Shown: piece after piece, positions 47,907 through 58,999 of the stretch
How the letters are laid out: each line of letters starts with the position of its first letter
Numbering within the stretch: position 1 is the stretch's first letter
DNA from: Candidatus Daviesbacteria bacterium
GTDB lineage: Bacteria; Patescibacteriota; Microgenomatia; Daviesbacterales; UBA10151
Length of the DNA: 64,000 nucleotides
Assembly (NCBI GenBank): GCA_016176415.1
Contig: JACOXH010000003.1
Location: forward strand, 12,419-76,418
Reading direction: 5' to 3'
Translations under genes and position numbers: made by a program
The notes under the pieces: generated by a model
The model's input: only the letters and a program-made list of their open reading frames with translations
What the model was told of the DNA's origin: nothing
The model's database searches: none

Positions 47907-48896
47907 ATGACCTTTGATTTAATCTCCATTGGGGTTACTTTTGTTGATACTTTTATCCCTTTAATAGACGCCAAAATTTTAAAAGACGGGGAAGTGAATT
48001 ATTTGGGTGTACCATTTGGGTCTAAAGTTCCTGTGGGTCCTTCTACTTCTGCTATTGGAGGAAATGCTGCCAATAATGCTGTAGCTTCCTCAAGATTAGG
48101 ACTTAAAACTGCCATTTATACTCATGTAGGAAATAAAGATGAAGATCAGTGGGATAACAGGGTGCTGGCAAAATTTAAAAAAGAAAAGATAGATACAAGA
48201 TATGTCAAAGAAATACAGGAGCTGCCAACAGGGCACAATATAATTTTAGAGTTTAAAGGAGAAAGGACAATTTTGTCCCATCATCAACCGTGGGAGTACG
48301 GTTTGCCTGATCTGGAAAAAACAAAGTGGGTGTATTTAACTTCCCTTGCTCCCAGTTTTGAAAAGTCTAATTTAATAAATCAGCTGTTAAATTTTACAGA
48401 AAGATCAGGGGCAAGACTGGCTTATCAGCCGGGGACTTTTCAGATTAGTTTGGGTTATAAAAAAAACAGTAAAGTTTTAGTTTTGTCAGATATTTTTATT
48501 CTAAATTTAGAAGAGGCAAAAATTTTTTTAGGACTAGATATTACTGAAAAAATTCCTGTTAAAAAGCTATTATCAAAGCTTTATGATTTGGGCCCCAAAA
48601 AGGTAATAATTACTGACAGTATAAGGGGCTCTTTTGGATTTGATGGAAGTAATTTTTATCAGATGGGAATTTTTCCTGTGGATGCTATACAAGTTACAGG
48701 TTGCGGGGATGCTTATGCTTCGGCAGTAGCGGCAGGGTTGTTTTACGGGAAAGATTTGTCAGAGGCAATGAGGTGGGGAGCAGTAAACAGTGCTGCTGTA
48801 GCCCGGTCAGTGGGAGCCCAGGCAGGTCTTTTAACTTATGAAAAAATGCAGAGTATTTTAAAAGAAAACTCTAAAATTAAAGCTTTAGAAATTTAG
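47907..48896 (+). CDS. PfkB-family carbohydrate kinase (ribokinase-like)
   Basis: N-terminal 'GGNAANNAVA' and C-terminal 'VTGCGDAYASAVAAG'. Confidence 0.75.
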   Translation: MTFDLISIGVTFVDTFIPLIDAKILKDGEVNYLGVPFGSKVPVGPSTSAIGGNAANNAVASSRLGLKTAIYTHVGNKDEDQWDNRVLAKFKKEKIDTRYVKEIQELPTGHNIILEFKGERTILSHHQPWEYGLPDLEKTKWVYLTSLAPSFEKSNLINQLLNFTERSGARLAYQPGTFQISLGYKKNSKVLVLSDIFILNLEEAKIFLGLDITEKIPVKKLLSKLYDLGPKKVIITDSIRGSFGFDGSNFYQMGIFPVDAIQVTGCGDAYASAVAAGLFYGKDLSEAMRWGAVNSAAVARSVGAQAGLLTYEKMQSILKENSKIKALEI

Positions 48897-49774
48897 CGGA
48901 CTACTACTCTTGTCCCGGGGTTTTCAGGGGTGGCATGACCCACATTTTCCCCTGCAGGAACCACTGGTCCTGCCCATTCAAACAGTTTTGCCACAGAGGC
49001 CAGAGGGGAGTTGACGCAACCATGGCTCATTGGGTGACCAAAGTTGTTGTGCCAGTAAGCCCCGTGAATTGCATAGCCTTTATGAAAAAAAATGTTGTGG
49101 GGAACATTAGGCAGATAGTAGTAAGTTCCCAGCTCTTTTGAGCCTCCTGACATGGTTTGACTTCTGGTTTTGTGCCAGATATTAAAAGTGCCTTTTGGTG
49201 TAGGTGCCCAAAGGCCTGAAGAAATAGGAAATTCCATAACTAATTTATTTCCTTCCCATGCCCGTAGTTTTTGTTCTGCCAAAGAGACTTCTATCCACTT
49301 CTCTTCACCACTTTCAGTAGTGGTGCCTAACACTGCCTGATCTTGATTTGAAGATTTTGCCAAAGATTCCTTAAGATCGTCAGATCGCAAGCTTTGCTTA
49401 TAGCTGTAAGCAAGAGAGGTTTTTGGGTAATCAATTACCTTGCTGTTAAAAATAGCAGTAGCAGCTTCTTCGTCAAATTTACCATTAGCTTTTAAAACAT
49501 CTTCCTCGTTAAAGTCAGAATGGGTGATATCACCTGAAATATTTAACTTATATACTACAGTTCTTTTGATAGTTTGAAAATTCAAAGAAACAAATAAAAT
49601 AACGCCTATTAACAGTAAAAGAGGTATCAGACGGTGCAACATATCTTTAAGAGTGTGTCCGTCTTCCACACTAATTCCATTGTTGATTACTTTTAATATA
49701 GACGTCAAGGGCCAGTTTGCTCCCCCTCTGTCATTCTGAGCGAAGCGAAGAATCTGATATGATAGATAATTCAT
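48893..49774 (-). CDS. L,D-transpeptidase (YkuD domain)
   Basis: 'HGAYWHNNFGHPMSHGCVNS' catalytic motif. N-terminal 22 aa are encoded by a Family-2 repeat, so true start may be the internal MLHRLIP. Confidence 0.7.
   Translation of the reverse strand: MNYLSYQILRFAQNDRGGANWPLTSILKVINNGISVEDGHTLKDMLHRLIPLLLLIGVILFVSLNFQTIKRTVVYKLNISGDITHSDFNEEDVLKANGKFDEEAATAIFNSKVIDYPKTSLAYSYKQSLRSDDLKESLAKSSNQDQAVLGTTTESGEEKWIEVSLAEQKLRAWEGNKLVMEFPISSGLWAPTPKGTFNIWHKTRSQTMSGGSKELGTYYYLPNVPHNIFFHKGYAIHGAYWHNNFGHPMSHGCVNSPLASVAKLFEWAGPVVPAGENVGHATPENPGTRVVVR
49731..49756. repeat. Family-2 repeat copy GTCATTCTGAGCGAAGCGAAGAATCT at ldt N-terminus / dac junction
   Basis: Exact flank match to 6067-6117 copy. Confidence 0.6.
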
Positions 49775-50687
49775 GAGAAAACTCTTTCCCCTTGGTGTTT
49801 TTTTGACAATTTTTTTATTGTTTGGAATTTTTCATTTTAGTTTAAATACAAAACCATTTCAGTTAGTTTCACCACTTTTAAAGCAGGAAAGTGTGCTCGG
49901 AGTTAACCAGTGGTTTCCTGCCATGGCAACAGAGGGAGCAGAGGGTCCTCAAGTCAGCGCTAAAGCAGCTTTGTTTACTGATACAAAAGAGGGAAAAATG
50001 CTGTATGGAAAAAGTATCCATGAGAAATTACCAATAGCCTCTTTGGTGAAAGTGATGACAATATTGGTGGCTTTAGAGCACAAGAATATGGATGATGAGT
50101 TTATAGTGAGTTCCAGGGCTGCTGATATGGAGCCTGATAAAATGCTGCTTATTGCAGGAGAGAGGTTAACTTTAAGGGAGCTTTTGGACGGGATTTTTTT
50201 AATTTCTGCAAATGATGCAGCAGAGGTTTTAGCAGAAGGGGTTACAGGAAATAGAGAAGAATTTCTAAAACTCATGAATGCAAAAGCTCAACAGTTGGGA
50301 ATGAAAAATACTTATTACGCAAACCCAACAGGACTGGATGAAGATACTAATAACTCCCGCTCTTCAGCTTATGACCAGGCAATTTTAACAAGGTATTTAA
50401 TCAGAAATTTTCCTGAAGTAGTTAAAATTTCTTCACAGGAAAGAGTATACCTGCCTCAAACAGAAAAACACCAAGATTATGATATGTATTCAGGGATCAA
50501 TCTTTTAACAACTTACACGGGGGTAGTAGGTTTTAAAACAGGTTATACCCCAGAGGCAGGAATGACCCTTATAACTTTGGCCAGAAAAAACGGGTTTGAG
50601 GTAATAGGTGTGCTCTTGGGTTCAGCCAGCAGAAGAGATGAGGCAAGGGAGCTTTTGGATTATAGTTTTGAAAAGTTAGAAAATTAG
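49773..50687 (+). CDS. D-alanyl-D-alanine carboxypeptidase (S11), second paralog
   Basis: 'ASLVK', 'SAND', 'KTGYT'. Confidence 0.75.
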   Translation: MRKLFPLGVFLTIFLLFGIFHFSLNTKPFQLVSPLLKQESVLGVNQWFPAMATEGAEGPQVSAKAALFTDTKEGKMLYGKSIHEKLPIASLVKVMTILVALEHKNMDDEFIVSSRAADMEPDKMLLIAGERLTLRELLDGIFLISANDAAEVLAEGVTGNREEFLKLMNAKAQQLGMKNTYYANPTGLDEDTNNSRSSAYDQAILTRYLIRNFPEVVKISSQERVYLPQTEKHQDYDMYSGINLLTTYTGVVGFKTGYTPEAGMTLITLARKNGFEVIGVLLGSASRRDEARELLDYSFEKLEN

Positions 50688-51310
50688 AGGGAGATGTCAA
50701 TTTCACCTAAAAGATCATTAAATTTTTCCCGTTCTAATGTTTCCTGTTTTCTTTCATCATCTGTTAATTTAACAGGTAATCTATTTCCCACTTCAAAAAA
50801 TTTAAAGGTCCTTAACAGTGGAGGATAAGCTTCCAAAGTAGTGCGCGGTTCTACATCTCCCACCACTACCAGCCATACCCCAATTCTTAATTCCTTAATT
50901 CTTTCTAAAAATTCTTCCAATGTAGCAGGGGGTTTTAAAGAGCCCTTTTTAGAAAATCCTTGAGGGTAAATGGCAGATTTTGCTTTGTCTGGAAGGAAAG
51001 ACATAATAACTGCAGCATAGTCTGTAGCTTCTCTTGTTTCTAAATCAACTTCATGAACAGATTGTCCTTTTATCTGCTCGTAGTATGCAGGTGCACCGTC
51101 TGCAGCTGCTTTTAAATAGCCTAAAGTATAATCATGCAGGTATTCTTGCGCAGGTTCTGAGTTTCTGATTACTCCCTGATAATAAAGTCCAAGTAGGGTA
51201 TGGGTTTGTCTAACTACAACAGGTGGAGATTTCTCAACCTCTCTGTAACCAATAACAGATTGGAAGTTGAATTTATTAGGAACAAATAAGTCTCTTTCAG
51301 AATCAGCCAT
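50684..51310 (-). CDS. Hypothetical protein
   Basis: 208 aa, no family recognised. Confidence 0.4.
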   Translation of the reverse strand: MADSERDLFVPNKFNFQSVIGYREVEKSPPVVVRQTHTLLGLYYQGVIRNSEPAQEYLHDYTLGYLKAAADGAPAYYEQIKGQSVHEVDLETREATDYAAVIMSFLPDKAKSAIYPQGFSKKGSLKPPATLEEFLERIKELRIGVWLVVVGDVEPRTTLEAYPPLLRTFKFFEVGNRLPVKLTDDERKQETLEREKFNDLLGEIDISL

Positions 51311-51373
51311 AATAGGGTCAAAGTTTATAGGGTAAAATTTTTAATGTCAATGGTTAAGAAAAATTCTTGTAAA

Positions 51374-51410
51374 TATCACACCTCGGAGGTGTGATAGAGG
51401 TGTGATAAAA
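51374..51410. repeat. REP-like palindrome TATCACACCTCGGAGGTGTGATA plus partial direct repeat (intergenic)
   Basis: Perfect 23-nt palindrome containing CACCTCGG/CCGAGGTG core. Confidence 0.6.
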
Positions 51411-51722
51411 AGCAAGATGGAAAATAAACAAATAGTAAGGTATGCTGAAAGTATGTTGGGATTTACATTAAAAAGATTTTTAATTACTTTAGGGGCAAGT
51501 GTAGGGGTATGGATTATATCTGCTATTATTCAGGCGTACTTAACTTTTGGGAAATATATAGGCACATTTTCAAGCGGTTGTCAGGTGACTGGATATCCAA
51601 TAGATGTGTGCGCATTAAGAGGTCCAGATATTCCTGCAATTTTAATCATTATTATTAATATCGTTTTTTGGTTTTGGGTTTTACATTTTATATTTAATTT
51701 GTTTAACAAACGCGCTAAATAA
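51402..51722 (+). CDS. Small membrane protein
   Basis: 106 aa, 3 TM. Confidence 0.3.
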   Translation: MIKSKMENKQIVRYAESMLGFTLKRFLITLGASVGVWIISAIIQAYLTFGKYIGTFSSGCQVTGYPIDVCALRGPDIPAILIIIINIVFWFWVLHFIFNLFNKRAK

Positions 51723-54644
51723 ACTAAAAGAAGCAAAAGATGCTACGCTCCCTGAAACTATAAGCAGCCCTCCAAGAATTTCTTTATAAGAATAACCAGT
51801 ATTTTGGTTTATTGATAATTGTTTTTGTTGATCTAGAAATCCCTCTTTATTTATCTGATCAGAAATTTCATCAGGGTTTTTAAAAGTAATTCCCAAAATA
51901 TCAGATTGAGAAAGTATAGAATCAGGAGATTGGTTTGTTTTACTGCCAATGTTCACCCCGGAGGTGTTAACCTGGTTACTGCTTGCGCCCACCTCCGGGG
52001 TGGTGCTGATGGAAGATGGTGCCGGAGTAGGTGATAGAGCAATTTGAATAGTAAAGGTTTGAGGGATTTCCTCATTTCCTAATTTGTCTATTGCCTTAAT
52101 TTGTAATGTAGTAGTACCGGGAGTTGAGATGGTAAAAGGTTCTGAATAAGTTTGAACAGTTTGGCCGTTATCTAAACTGTATTCAATTTTTAATATTCCT
52201 GCTTCTGTATCGCTGGCAGTTAGAGTAATGGTAACGGGTCCTGTATAAATACCTGAAGAGTTTTTAGTACCGGAGATTTGTATAGAAGTAGAAGGAGGGG
52301 TTTGATCTGTAGCTGCAGAACCGGTTACTTCACTGGTAGAAATAATAGTGGTGGTAGTTGAGCCCTGATAAAGATTTAGAGAAGGAGAGGTATCTAAAGA
52401 TGGATCAAGGTCAAATTCTATTTTATCTGCAAAAGAAATACTCAGATCTTTATAAAGAGTAGTTTTGGAGATTTTATCTTCTCTGTAAGTTCTTTTTTTA
52501 AGATTGGTAGTTTTAGAGCTGTTTGAAGGGTTTTTCCGGGTAGCTTTAACTTTTACTTTGGAAGCTTTCTTTTTTACAAAAGCATGTTTGGTATTACCGG
52601 AAGTAGTACAAGTTACGTCAGGAATATTTTCTTCGATTTCGCCATTATCATTTAATCCACAGTGGCGGTTTTGATCGTCATATAAATCAAGTTCTCCGTC
52701 ATCCAAAGTTAATTGCTCGCCTTCCAAACTTATTTTTTCGCTCTTAACCTGAACAGGAATAGCTAAATTATCATCATTTAAGATTCCTCTTACAGCTGCC
52801 ATTGCAGGACCGCTGCTATTAACAAGATCACTGTGCTTTTGTTCTACATAGTAAATTTGAGAAGCTCCGGAAATATCTAAAGAATCATTTTTTAAAGAAG
52901 CGCTATAAAGGGGGACAGTGCCGTCACCGTTAATAAAAATTTCATCTCTTTTTGTAATGAGATTAATTGGCCATGTGATCCACCAAGTTTCGTGAATTTG
53001 TCCTAAGGTAGGTTGTGATGTGCCAACTATTTCATATGCAATAACACCATTTGCTTGGTTAAGGGTGACATCAAGACTGTGAAATTGTTCTGCGATCCCA
53101 AAAGTAGTCATGTTGTAATTAAGATTTGTTAAAAGTGTTTTTATCTGATTAAAATTTAGGGAACCTGTAACGTTGTTATTATCAATATCGCGATCATCTT
53201 TAAAAGGATATAATATTTCATTCCTTGAGTTATCATAAAAATCAAAGTATTTGTTTGACGGTAAAAGTTGAAAAGCGCTCGAAAAATTTTGGAAAAGATC
53301 TTTAACTTCTGATGATGGAATACCGAGATAAAAATCTCCCAATATTTGCCTACCTAGAGGCTTGCCATACATCAGAGCTTTTGTAGCATCTACTGCTCCC
53401 AAATGGGGAACACCTAGTTCAATTAATTTATTTACCTTTGTAGCCTTTGAAGAATCTGAAATATAATACCTGGCTACTAAACCGCCCATGGAGTGAACAA
53501 CTAAATTTACCTGTGATTGTCCGGAGGCAATCCTGGCTGATTCTATTAAAGCATCTAAGCTGTCTTTTGTGCTTCTGACATCTTTTCTCCAGTCGTATGG
53601 AAAAACAAAAAAGTTTGTGCCCTTGTTATATCCCATTTCAGCAAAAAAGGAATCAATTTGCGAATAACCATCAGAAACTAAAGCTCCTGTTAAAGATAAA
53701 TCTGCTTCTGAAGTTACCCCATCAGATTTTAATTTCAATACATCAAAATAATCATCATTACCCAAGGCAGCTGCCTCATTTGTGTTAACCCAAATTTTTT
53801 CATCAGCTGTATATGCATGAGAATATGTTCCCCCGTGTCCATTATCAGCAGACCACACAATATCTTGAGTAGCTTTCATTTCTGATCCACCAATTCCGGG
53901 GATAAAAATTACAGGAAGTCTGGGCGGAGATGGTGGAGGAGAGTTGTTGTTTAAAACAAAGTATAAATCATTTTTATAGTAACCAAAAATATTACAACCA
54001 AAACTTGCAGTTTGTGAGTTCCAAATATAAGAGGAGGCATTACACACTCCATTATCAAAAGCATATCTGACTCCTCCTCCGGTGAAATAATCATTAGAGG
54101 TGCCGCTATAATTTGCAGTAGCAAGCTTCATTCTTTTGCCTCCCCATTGAGCTGCATTTGCATTTGTTAAAAGAATTAAATATCTGTGACCGAAAATAAA
54201 TTCATAATTTCTGCAGGAAAAATCTATGGTAACGTCTTCATACCCTGCAGGAACACCTGTAGTGGTAAATGTTAGACCTGTCAGTGGATCTGAGGCATTT
54301 GAGACACAGGGAATAGTGTATGAATTATTGTTGTCTTTATCGTAAATTTTAGTATTTAAACCAGCGAAATCAAACTGATCTATATTTGAAGCAGAAGTTG
54401 AAACCCTGAAAGTAAAATTTTCCAGTGTTCCTGAAAGGTTGTTTCCGAGTTCTTGAATTGCCTGCCAGACATTTAAAGTGGAATCGTATCCTTGTGTTTG
54501 TTCTGCTACAGAAACTGCATAAGATGGATGGGTGAAAGTCACAAAAACTCCTCCCAAAAGGGCAAACCCGAAAATTAGGGCAATTGGCAGTTTTTGATTC
54601 ACTTTTACTAAAATGATTGTTGATCGTGAAAAAGGGAAGCGCAA
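51681..54644 (-). CDS. Large (987 aa) secreted alpha/beta-hydrolase (lipase/PGAP1-like GxSxG 'VHSMGG') with C-terminal Ig-like domain and hydrophobic anchor
   Basis: N-terminal signal/TM, 'VIFIPGIGGSE', 'LVVHSMGGLVARYY', Thr/Ser-rich linker, beta-rich domain, C-terminal hydrophobic + basic tail. Confidence 0.55.
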   Translation of the reverse strand: MRFPFSRSTIILVKVNQKLPIALIFGFALLGGVFVTFTHPSYAVSVAEQTQGYDSTLNVWQAIQELGNNLSGTLENFTFRVSTSASNIDQFDFAGLNTKIYDKDNNNSYTIPCVSNASDPLTGLTFTTTGVPAGYEDVTIDFSCRNYEFIFGHRYLILLTNANAAQWGGKRMKLATANYSGTSNDYFTGGGVRYAFDNGVCNASSYIWNSQTASFGCNIFGYYKNDLYFVLNNNSPPPSPPRLPVIFIPGIGGSEMKATQDIVWSADNGHGGTYSHAYTADEKIWVNTNEAAALGNDDYFDVLKLKSDGVTSEADLSLTGALVSDGYSQIDSFFAEMGYNKGTNFFVFPYDWRKDVRSTKDSLDALIESARIASGQSQVNLVVHSMGGLVARYYISDSSKATKVNKLIELGVPHLGAVDATKALMYGKPLGRQILGDFYLGIPSSEVKDLFQNFSSAFQLLPSNKYFDFYDNSRNEILYPFKDDRDIDNNNVTGSLNFNQIKTLLTNLNYNMTTFGIAEQFHSLDVTLNQANGVIAYEIVGTSQPTLGQIHETWWITWPINLITKRDEIFINGDGTVPLYSASLKNDSLDISGASQIYYVEQKHSDLVNSSGPAMAAVRGILNDDNLAIPVQVKSEKISLEGEQLTLDDGELDLYDDQNRHCGLNDNGEIEENIPDVTCTTSGNTKHAFVKKKASKVKVKATRKNPSNSSKTTNLKKRTYREDKISKTTLYKDLSISFADKIEFDLDPSLDTSPSLNLYQGSTTTTIISTSEVTGSAATDQTPPSTSIQISGTKNSSGIYTGPVTITLTASDTEAGILKIEYSLDNGQTVQTYSEPFTISTPGTTTLQIKAIDKLGNEEIPQTFTIQIALSPTPAPSSISTTPEVGASSNQVNTSGVNIGSKTNQSPDSILSQSDILGITFKNPDEISDQINKEGFLDQQKQLSINQNTGYSYKEILGGLLIVSGSVASFASFSLFSAFVKQIKYKM
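51954..52002. repeat. REP-like inverted repeat CACCCCGGAGGTG ...23 nt... CACCTCCGGGGTG inside the 987-aa hydrolase gene (in-frame)
   Basis: 13-bp arms are exact reverse complements. Confidence 0.6.
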
Positions 54645-54769
54645 GAGAGATTAAAGGTGATTTAAAGTAACAAACAAATACACAGGCCCACCTGGAAGGT
54701 GAGCTTTGGCTCCTTCCAGGTGAACGGGAAGTCTTGCAAAAGAGGTTTGGGAAGTGATATAAAAGGGCA

Positions 54770-55465
54770 GTGTTTACCAATCAAAAAGTTTTGGGATTAG
54801 TTTTAATTTTATTTCTTTTGGGAACCGGAATTTATTTTGCTGTTTCAAAATTAAAAGCAGATGTGGATAGCGCTACTGCTTCACCTACCCCTTCTCCCTC
54901 ACCCTCTGCGCAGCTTAATTTCTTTGCCAGTCCTACCCCTAATGCCCAACAAACTCAAACCCAGGAACTGCCTCTTTCTAAAAACAAAAGACTGGATAAA
55001 TTCCCGGGGGTTTTACAACCTGAAGTTTTAAATGGTAAGCAGGCAGTAATTCAAACTACTAAAGGTTTAATATCTTTGGAAATTTATCCTGAAGCCACGA
55101 TGGCTGCTTCTAATTTTATCCTGCTTTCTGCTAATGGTTTTTATGACGGGTTAAAGTTTCACAGGGTGGAAGATTGGGTGGTGCAGGGGGGAGATCCGCA
55201 GGGGACTGGCAGGGGTGGCCCCGGGTACCAATTTCCTGATGAGCCTGTAAACAGAGAGTATACGAAGGGAATAGTAGCAATGGCTAACTCAGGTCCTGAT
55301 ACCAACGGTAGCCAGTTTTTTATTTTGAAAAAAGATACTCCGTTGCCTCCTAATTACACAATCTTTGGGAAAGTAATAGCTGGTCAGGAAGTGGTGGATA
55401 AATTAAATACTGGAGATGTGATGCAAAAAGTTGTAATTGGGGATCTTCAGCAAACCTCTCACTAA
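54770..55465 (+). CDS. Cyclophilin-type peptidyl-prolyl cis-trans isomerase (secreted/anchored)
   Basis: 'FHRVEDWVVQGGDPQGTGRGGPGYQF', 'MANSGPDTNGSQFFI'. Confidence 0.8.
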   Translation: MFTNQKVLGLVLILFLLGTGIYFAVSKLKADVDSATASPTPSPSPSAQLNFFASPTPNAQQTQTQELPLSKNKRLDKFPGVLQPEVLNGKQAVIQTTKGLISLEIYPEATMAASNFILLSANGFYDGLKFHRVEDWVVQGGDPQGTGRGGPGYQFPDEPVNREYTKGIVAMANSGPDTNGSQFFILKKDTPLPPNYTIFGKVIAGQEVVDKLNTGDVMQKVVIGDLQQTSH

Positions 55466-55480
55466 AATCTTACTAAGATT

Positions 55481-55496
55481 ACACAATATATTGTAT
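55481..55496. promoter_or_regulatory. Putative NrdR box ACACAATATATTGTAT upstream of nrdR-nrdJ
   Basis: 16-bp near-palindrome (1 mismatch) resembling the NrdR box consensus acaCwAtATaTwGtgt; about 45 nt upstream of nrdR. Confidence 0.4.
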
Positions 55497-55541
55497 ATTG
55501 ACACTTTAAGATATCAATATGTTATGTTAGAATGGTTGTAA

Positions 55542-55982
55542 ATGAAATGCCCCTTTTGCAACAGTACTTTAAGTAAGGTTATCGATAAAAGGTCAGTGGA
55601 AAAACGCGGCCAAATCAGAAGAAGGAGAGAGTGTTTAAAGTGTTTTAAACGCTACACTACTTATGAGATGTGCGCACAGCTGGAAATTTTAGTTATCAAA
55701 AAAGACGGCAGCAAACAACCATATATAAGAGAAAAACTGGAAGTTGGGTTGACGAAAGCTTTGGAAAAAAGGCCGGGGATTGACAAGGTTTGCATACTGC
55801 TTGATAGAATAGAAAGCCGGATCAGGACACGGGGACTAAGTGAGGTTGCCTCGCAAATGTTGGGTAAGTGGGTCTTGTCGGAACTTAAAAAGTTGGACCC
55901 GGTTGCCTATTTGCGTTTTGCCAGCGTCTACCGGACTTTTTCTGACCCGAAAGACTTTAAAAAAGAATTGGAGACATTATGA
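55542..55982 (+). CDS. nrdR: Transcriptional repressor NrdR
   Basis: Zn-ribbon 'MKCPFCNSTLSKVIDKR...RRRECLKC' plus ATP-cone. Confidence 0.85.
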   Translation: MKCPFCNSTLSKVIDKRSVEKRGQIRRRRECLKCFKRYTTYEMCAQLEILVIKKDGSKQPYIREKLEVGLTKALEKRPGIDKVCILLDRIESRIRTRGLSEVASQMLGKWVLSELKKLDPVAYLRFASVYRTFSDPKDFKKELETL

Positions 55983-58555
55983 AAAAAACAAAAGCCACAT
56001 TACAAGTTGTAACAGCGCCAAGAATCCAAAGAGGCAAGAAAACTAATGGTCAGGTCAAGCCCAATGGTTTGGATCATAACAGCAGGACTTTTGAAACAAG
56101 GTTTATTCCCCGCTACAAAACTATTCCTCAGATGCCAGAGGGTTTGCCTGAACCTACTTTTTCTGAATCCTCCAATAAGATTTTATCTGAAAGATATCTT
56201 TTAAAGGGTGGCAATTTAGAAGTGGTAGAAAGCGTGGCTGAAAGATTTTGGCACATTGCTTATGATATTGCCTCCGGTGACTTTGACTTTAAAGTTTCTC
56301 AAAGCCAGGTTTTTGATATGGCCAAAGATTTTTATACCATGATGGTCAAACAGGAATTTTTACCCAATTCTCCTACAATCATGAATGCCGGTAAGCAAAA
56401 CGGTTTGCAGTATTCTGCCTGTTTTGTGTTGCCTGTTGGGGATTCTTTGCCGGAAATTTTTGATACCGTAAAGTATGCAGCCTTAATTCATCAAACAGGA
56501 GGAGGCACAGGTTTTTCTTTTTCCCGTCTTCGTTCTGCAGGCTCAATTGTTAACACAACCGGCGGCGTGGCTTCCGGGCCAGTTTCATTTTTACGGGTTT
56601 TTAATGCAGCCACTGAATCAATAAAGCAGGGGGGTACCAGAAGGGGGGCTAATATGGGTATTTTAAGAATAGACCACCCTGATGTTTTGGAATTTATCCG
56701 CTGTAAAGCAGAACTGGACGATTTAAACAAGCCAGTATACGAGAGAATTGCCCCGCTTTTATCTTCTGATGAAGCCAGGGATTTTGTAAAAACTTTGCTT
56801 TTGGACAAGCAAATATCCAATTTTAATATTTCTGTGGCTATAACTAATAAATTTATGGAAGCTTTGGCAAAGGAAGAAGATTATGAACTGATCAGTCCTC
56901 ATGATGGCAGCGTGGTTGGTAAATTAAATTCAAAAGAGGTATTTGATGAAATAGTGGAGAGGGCATGGAAAACAGGCGATCCTGGTTTGATTTTTATTGA
57001 CAGGATTAACAACTCCCCTGCCAATCCTGTACCTGGTTTAGAGCATATTGAAGCCACAAATCCATGTGGCGAACAGCCACTTGCACCTTGGGATGCCTGT
57101 AATTTGGGTTCTATAAATTTAGGAAAATTTGTGCTGGCAGACGGGATGGATGTGGACTGGGAAAAGTTAAGACAAATAACCCGTCAGGCTGTGCGCTTTT
57201 TGGATAATGTGGTACAAGCAAATCCTTTTACTCTAAAACAAATTTATGATCAAGTGCATAAAAACAGAAGGATTGGCTTAGGAGTAATGGGGTTTGCTGA
57301 TATGCTTTTTAAGTTAAAAATCCCTTACAACTCTGATGCTGCTTTGGAACTGGCTGCCAGAATAATGAAGTTTATTAATGAAGAAGGACACAAAAAATCA
57401 GAAGAGTTGGCTGAAGAAAAAGGCGCTTTTCCTAACTGGATTCACTCTATTTATGCCAAAGGCAACCCAATCAGAAATTCCACTATCACCACCATTGCTC
57501 CCACAGGTACTATTTCCATTATCGGTGATTGTTCTTCAGGGATTGAGCCTGTATTTGCTTTAGCTTACATCCACAGAGCCAAAGCTAAGGGTGACCAGTA
57601 CAGGACTTTAACTATTGCCAATCAGACATTTACAGATATTGCCAAAAGGGAAAGTTTTTATTCAGACGACCTGGCAGCTAAAGTATTGGAGCATGGTTCA
57701 GTCAGCGGGGTTGACGGCGTTCCCCAGGAATGGCAAAAGGTGTTTGTGACAGCTCCTGAAATTGATCCTGTTTGGCACGTTAAGATGCAGGCGGCTTTTC
57801 AACAATTTACTGATAACGGGGTTTCCAAAACCATTAACTTACCAAACAGCGCTACCCGTGACGATGTCAGAGATTCTTATATGCTGGCATGGGAAACAGG
57901 CTGTAATGGCATCACTATTTACCGTGATGGTTCCAAAAGTACTCAAGTATTAAATGTTTCTTCATCTTTGGATAGTCAGGTTGCTCAAGATGATTCGCAA
58001 GCGCCGGTAGCAGAAAGGCCAATGATTTTAAGAGGCAGGACTTATAAAATTTCTACCCCTGTAGGTGAAGCTTTTATTACTGTTAACCGTGATGAGCAGG
58101 ATCAGCCTTTTGAGGTATTCGTAACAGTGGGTCGGGCAGGAATGCACACTATGGCAGATGCAGAAGCCATGGGCAGGTTAGTTTCACTTTCTTTAAGACT
58201 GGCCAGAGGTGCCAAAGAAACAGATCCCAAAGCTGTGGCTTTGAAGATTGTAGACCAGCTCAAAGGAATAGGGGGAGCTTCATATGTGGGATTTGGTAAA
58301 AACAGGGTGATGAGTCTGGCTGACGCTATTGCCAAGGTTTTGGCAGAAGATTTGTCTTTAGGGTCTCAAGGGGAGATAATTGAAACAATACCTTTGAATT
58401 TAACTATGAACGGAAACAGTAATGATCCAGAGCCTTCAAGCTATGGTTCTCACTCCAAAACCAATGCTGATCTTTGTCCTGAATGCGGCAGCGCTTCCTT
58501 TGTAATGGAAGAAGGATGTAAGAAATGTCATAGCTGTGGATACAGCATGTGCTGA
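55979..58555 (+). CDS. nrdJ: Class II (adenosylcobalamin-dependent) ribonucleotide reductase NrdJ with C-terminal Zn-ribbon
   Basis: Active-site '[11 protein letters not shown]', 10-stranded barrel region, C-terminal 'CPECGS...CKKCHSCG'. Confidence 0.85.
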   Translation: MKKTKATLQVVTAPRIQRGKKTNGQVKPNGLDHNSRTFETRFIPRYKTIPQMPEGLPEPTFSESSNKILSERYLLKGGNLEVVESVAERFWHIAYDIASGDFDFKVSQSQVFDMAKDFYTMMVKQEFLPNSPTIMNAGKQNGLQYSACFVLPVGDSLPEIFDTVKYAALIHQTGGGTGFSFSRLRSAGSIVNTTGGVASGPVSFLRVFNAATESIKQGGTRRGANMGILRIDHPDVLEFIRCKAELDDLNKPVYERIAPLLSSDEARDFVKTLLLDKQISNFNISVAITNKFMEALAKEEDYELISPHDGSVVGKLNSKEVFDEIVERAWKTGDPGLIFIDRINNSPANPVPGLEHIEATNPCGEQPLAPWDACNLGSINLGKFVLADGMDVDWEKLRQITRQAVRFLDNVVQANPFTLKQIYDQVHKNRRIGLGVMGFADMLFKLKIPYNSDAALELAARIMKFINEEGHKKSEELAEEKGAFPNWIHSIYAKGNPIRNSTITTIAPTGTISIIGDCSSGIEPVFALAYIHRAKAKGDQYRTLTIANQTFTDIAKRESFYSDDLAAKVLEHGSVSGVDGVPQEWQKVFVTAPEIDPVWHVKMQAAFQQFTDNGVSKTINLPNSATRDDVRDSYMLAWETGCNGITIYRDGSKSTQVLNVSSSLDSQVAQDDSQAPVAERPMILRGRTYKISTPVGEAFITVNRDEQDQPFEVFVTVGRAGMHTMADAEAMGRLVSLSLRLARGAKETDPKAVALKIVDQLKGIGGASYVGFGKNRVMSLADAIAKVLAEDLSLGSQGEIIETIPLNLTMNGNSNDPEPSSYGSHSKTNADLCPECGSASFVMEEGCKKCHSCGYSMC

Positions 58556-58950
58556 CATTTCTTGCGACAGCAGGCTGTCTTAAGAAGTGTCATTCGTGCG
58601 GGTACTCGATGTGTTAACCAAGAATTGGCAGGGGGAAACCTTTCCTTTAGAAACTTAAGGTAAATTTCAATATCTTCTCCGTGATCAAATGCCATTTCTT
58701 CTTTCGCGGGAAGATTGTCTAATTCAAACCATCTTAGCTCCTTTACTTCCCGTTTTACGGCTTGTTCCAGGTTTTCATCTCTGTCAAAAAAACCTCCAAG
58801 CAACGCCCATTTTCCTGATTCAAGAATAGGTTGACCATTCAGAGCCCCCCTTTTGCCTAAAAGTATTTTGCTATCTTTTATTACTATTGCATTAACGGTG
58901 ATATGTTTTGATGAGGCTTTATTTTTATTTTCAAAATGACATGTAATCAT
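58528..58950 (-). CDS. NUDIX-family hydrolase
   Basis: Nudix-box-like 'GGFFDRDENLEQAVKREVKEL'. Confidence 0.5.
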   Translation of the reverse strand: MITCHFENKNKASSKHITVNAIVIKDSKILLGKRGALNGQPILESGKWALLGGFFDRDENLEQAVKREVKELRWFELDNLPAKEEMAFDHGEDIEIYLKFLKERFPPANSWLTHRVPARMTLLKTACCRKKCQHMLYPQL

Positions 58951-58999
58951 AGATATATTTTATCACTCTCTACTGTTGACTAACCCGACGTGCAGCTAC

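Noticed and set aside
53597-54780. ORFs 53597-53788 (+) and 54370-54780 (-)
   Set aside because: Embedded in or overlapping the large hydrolase gene and the ppi start; no support.
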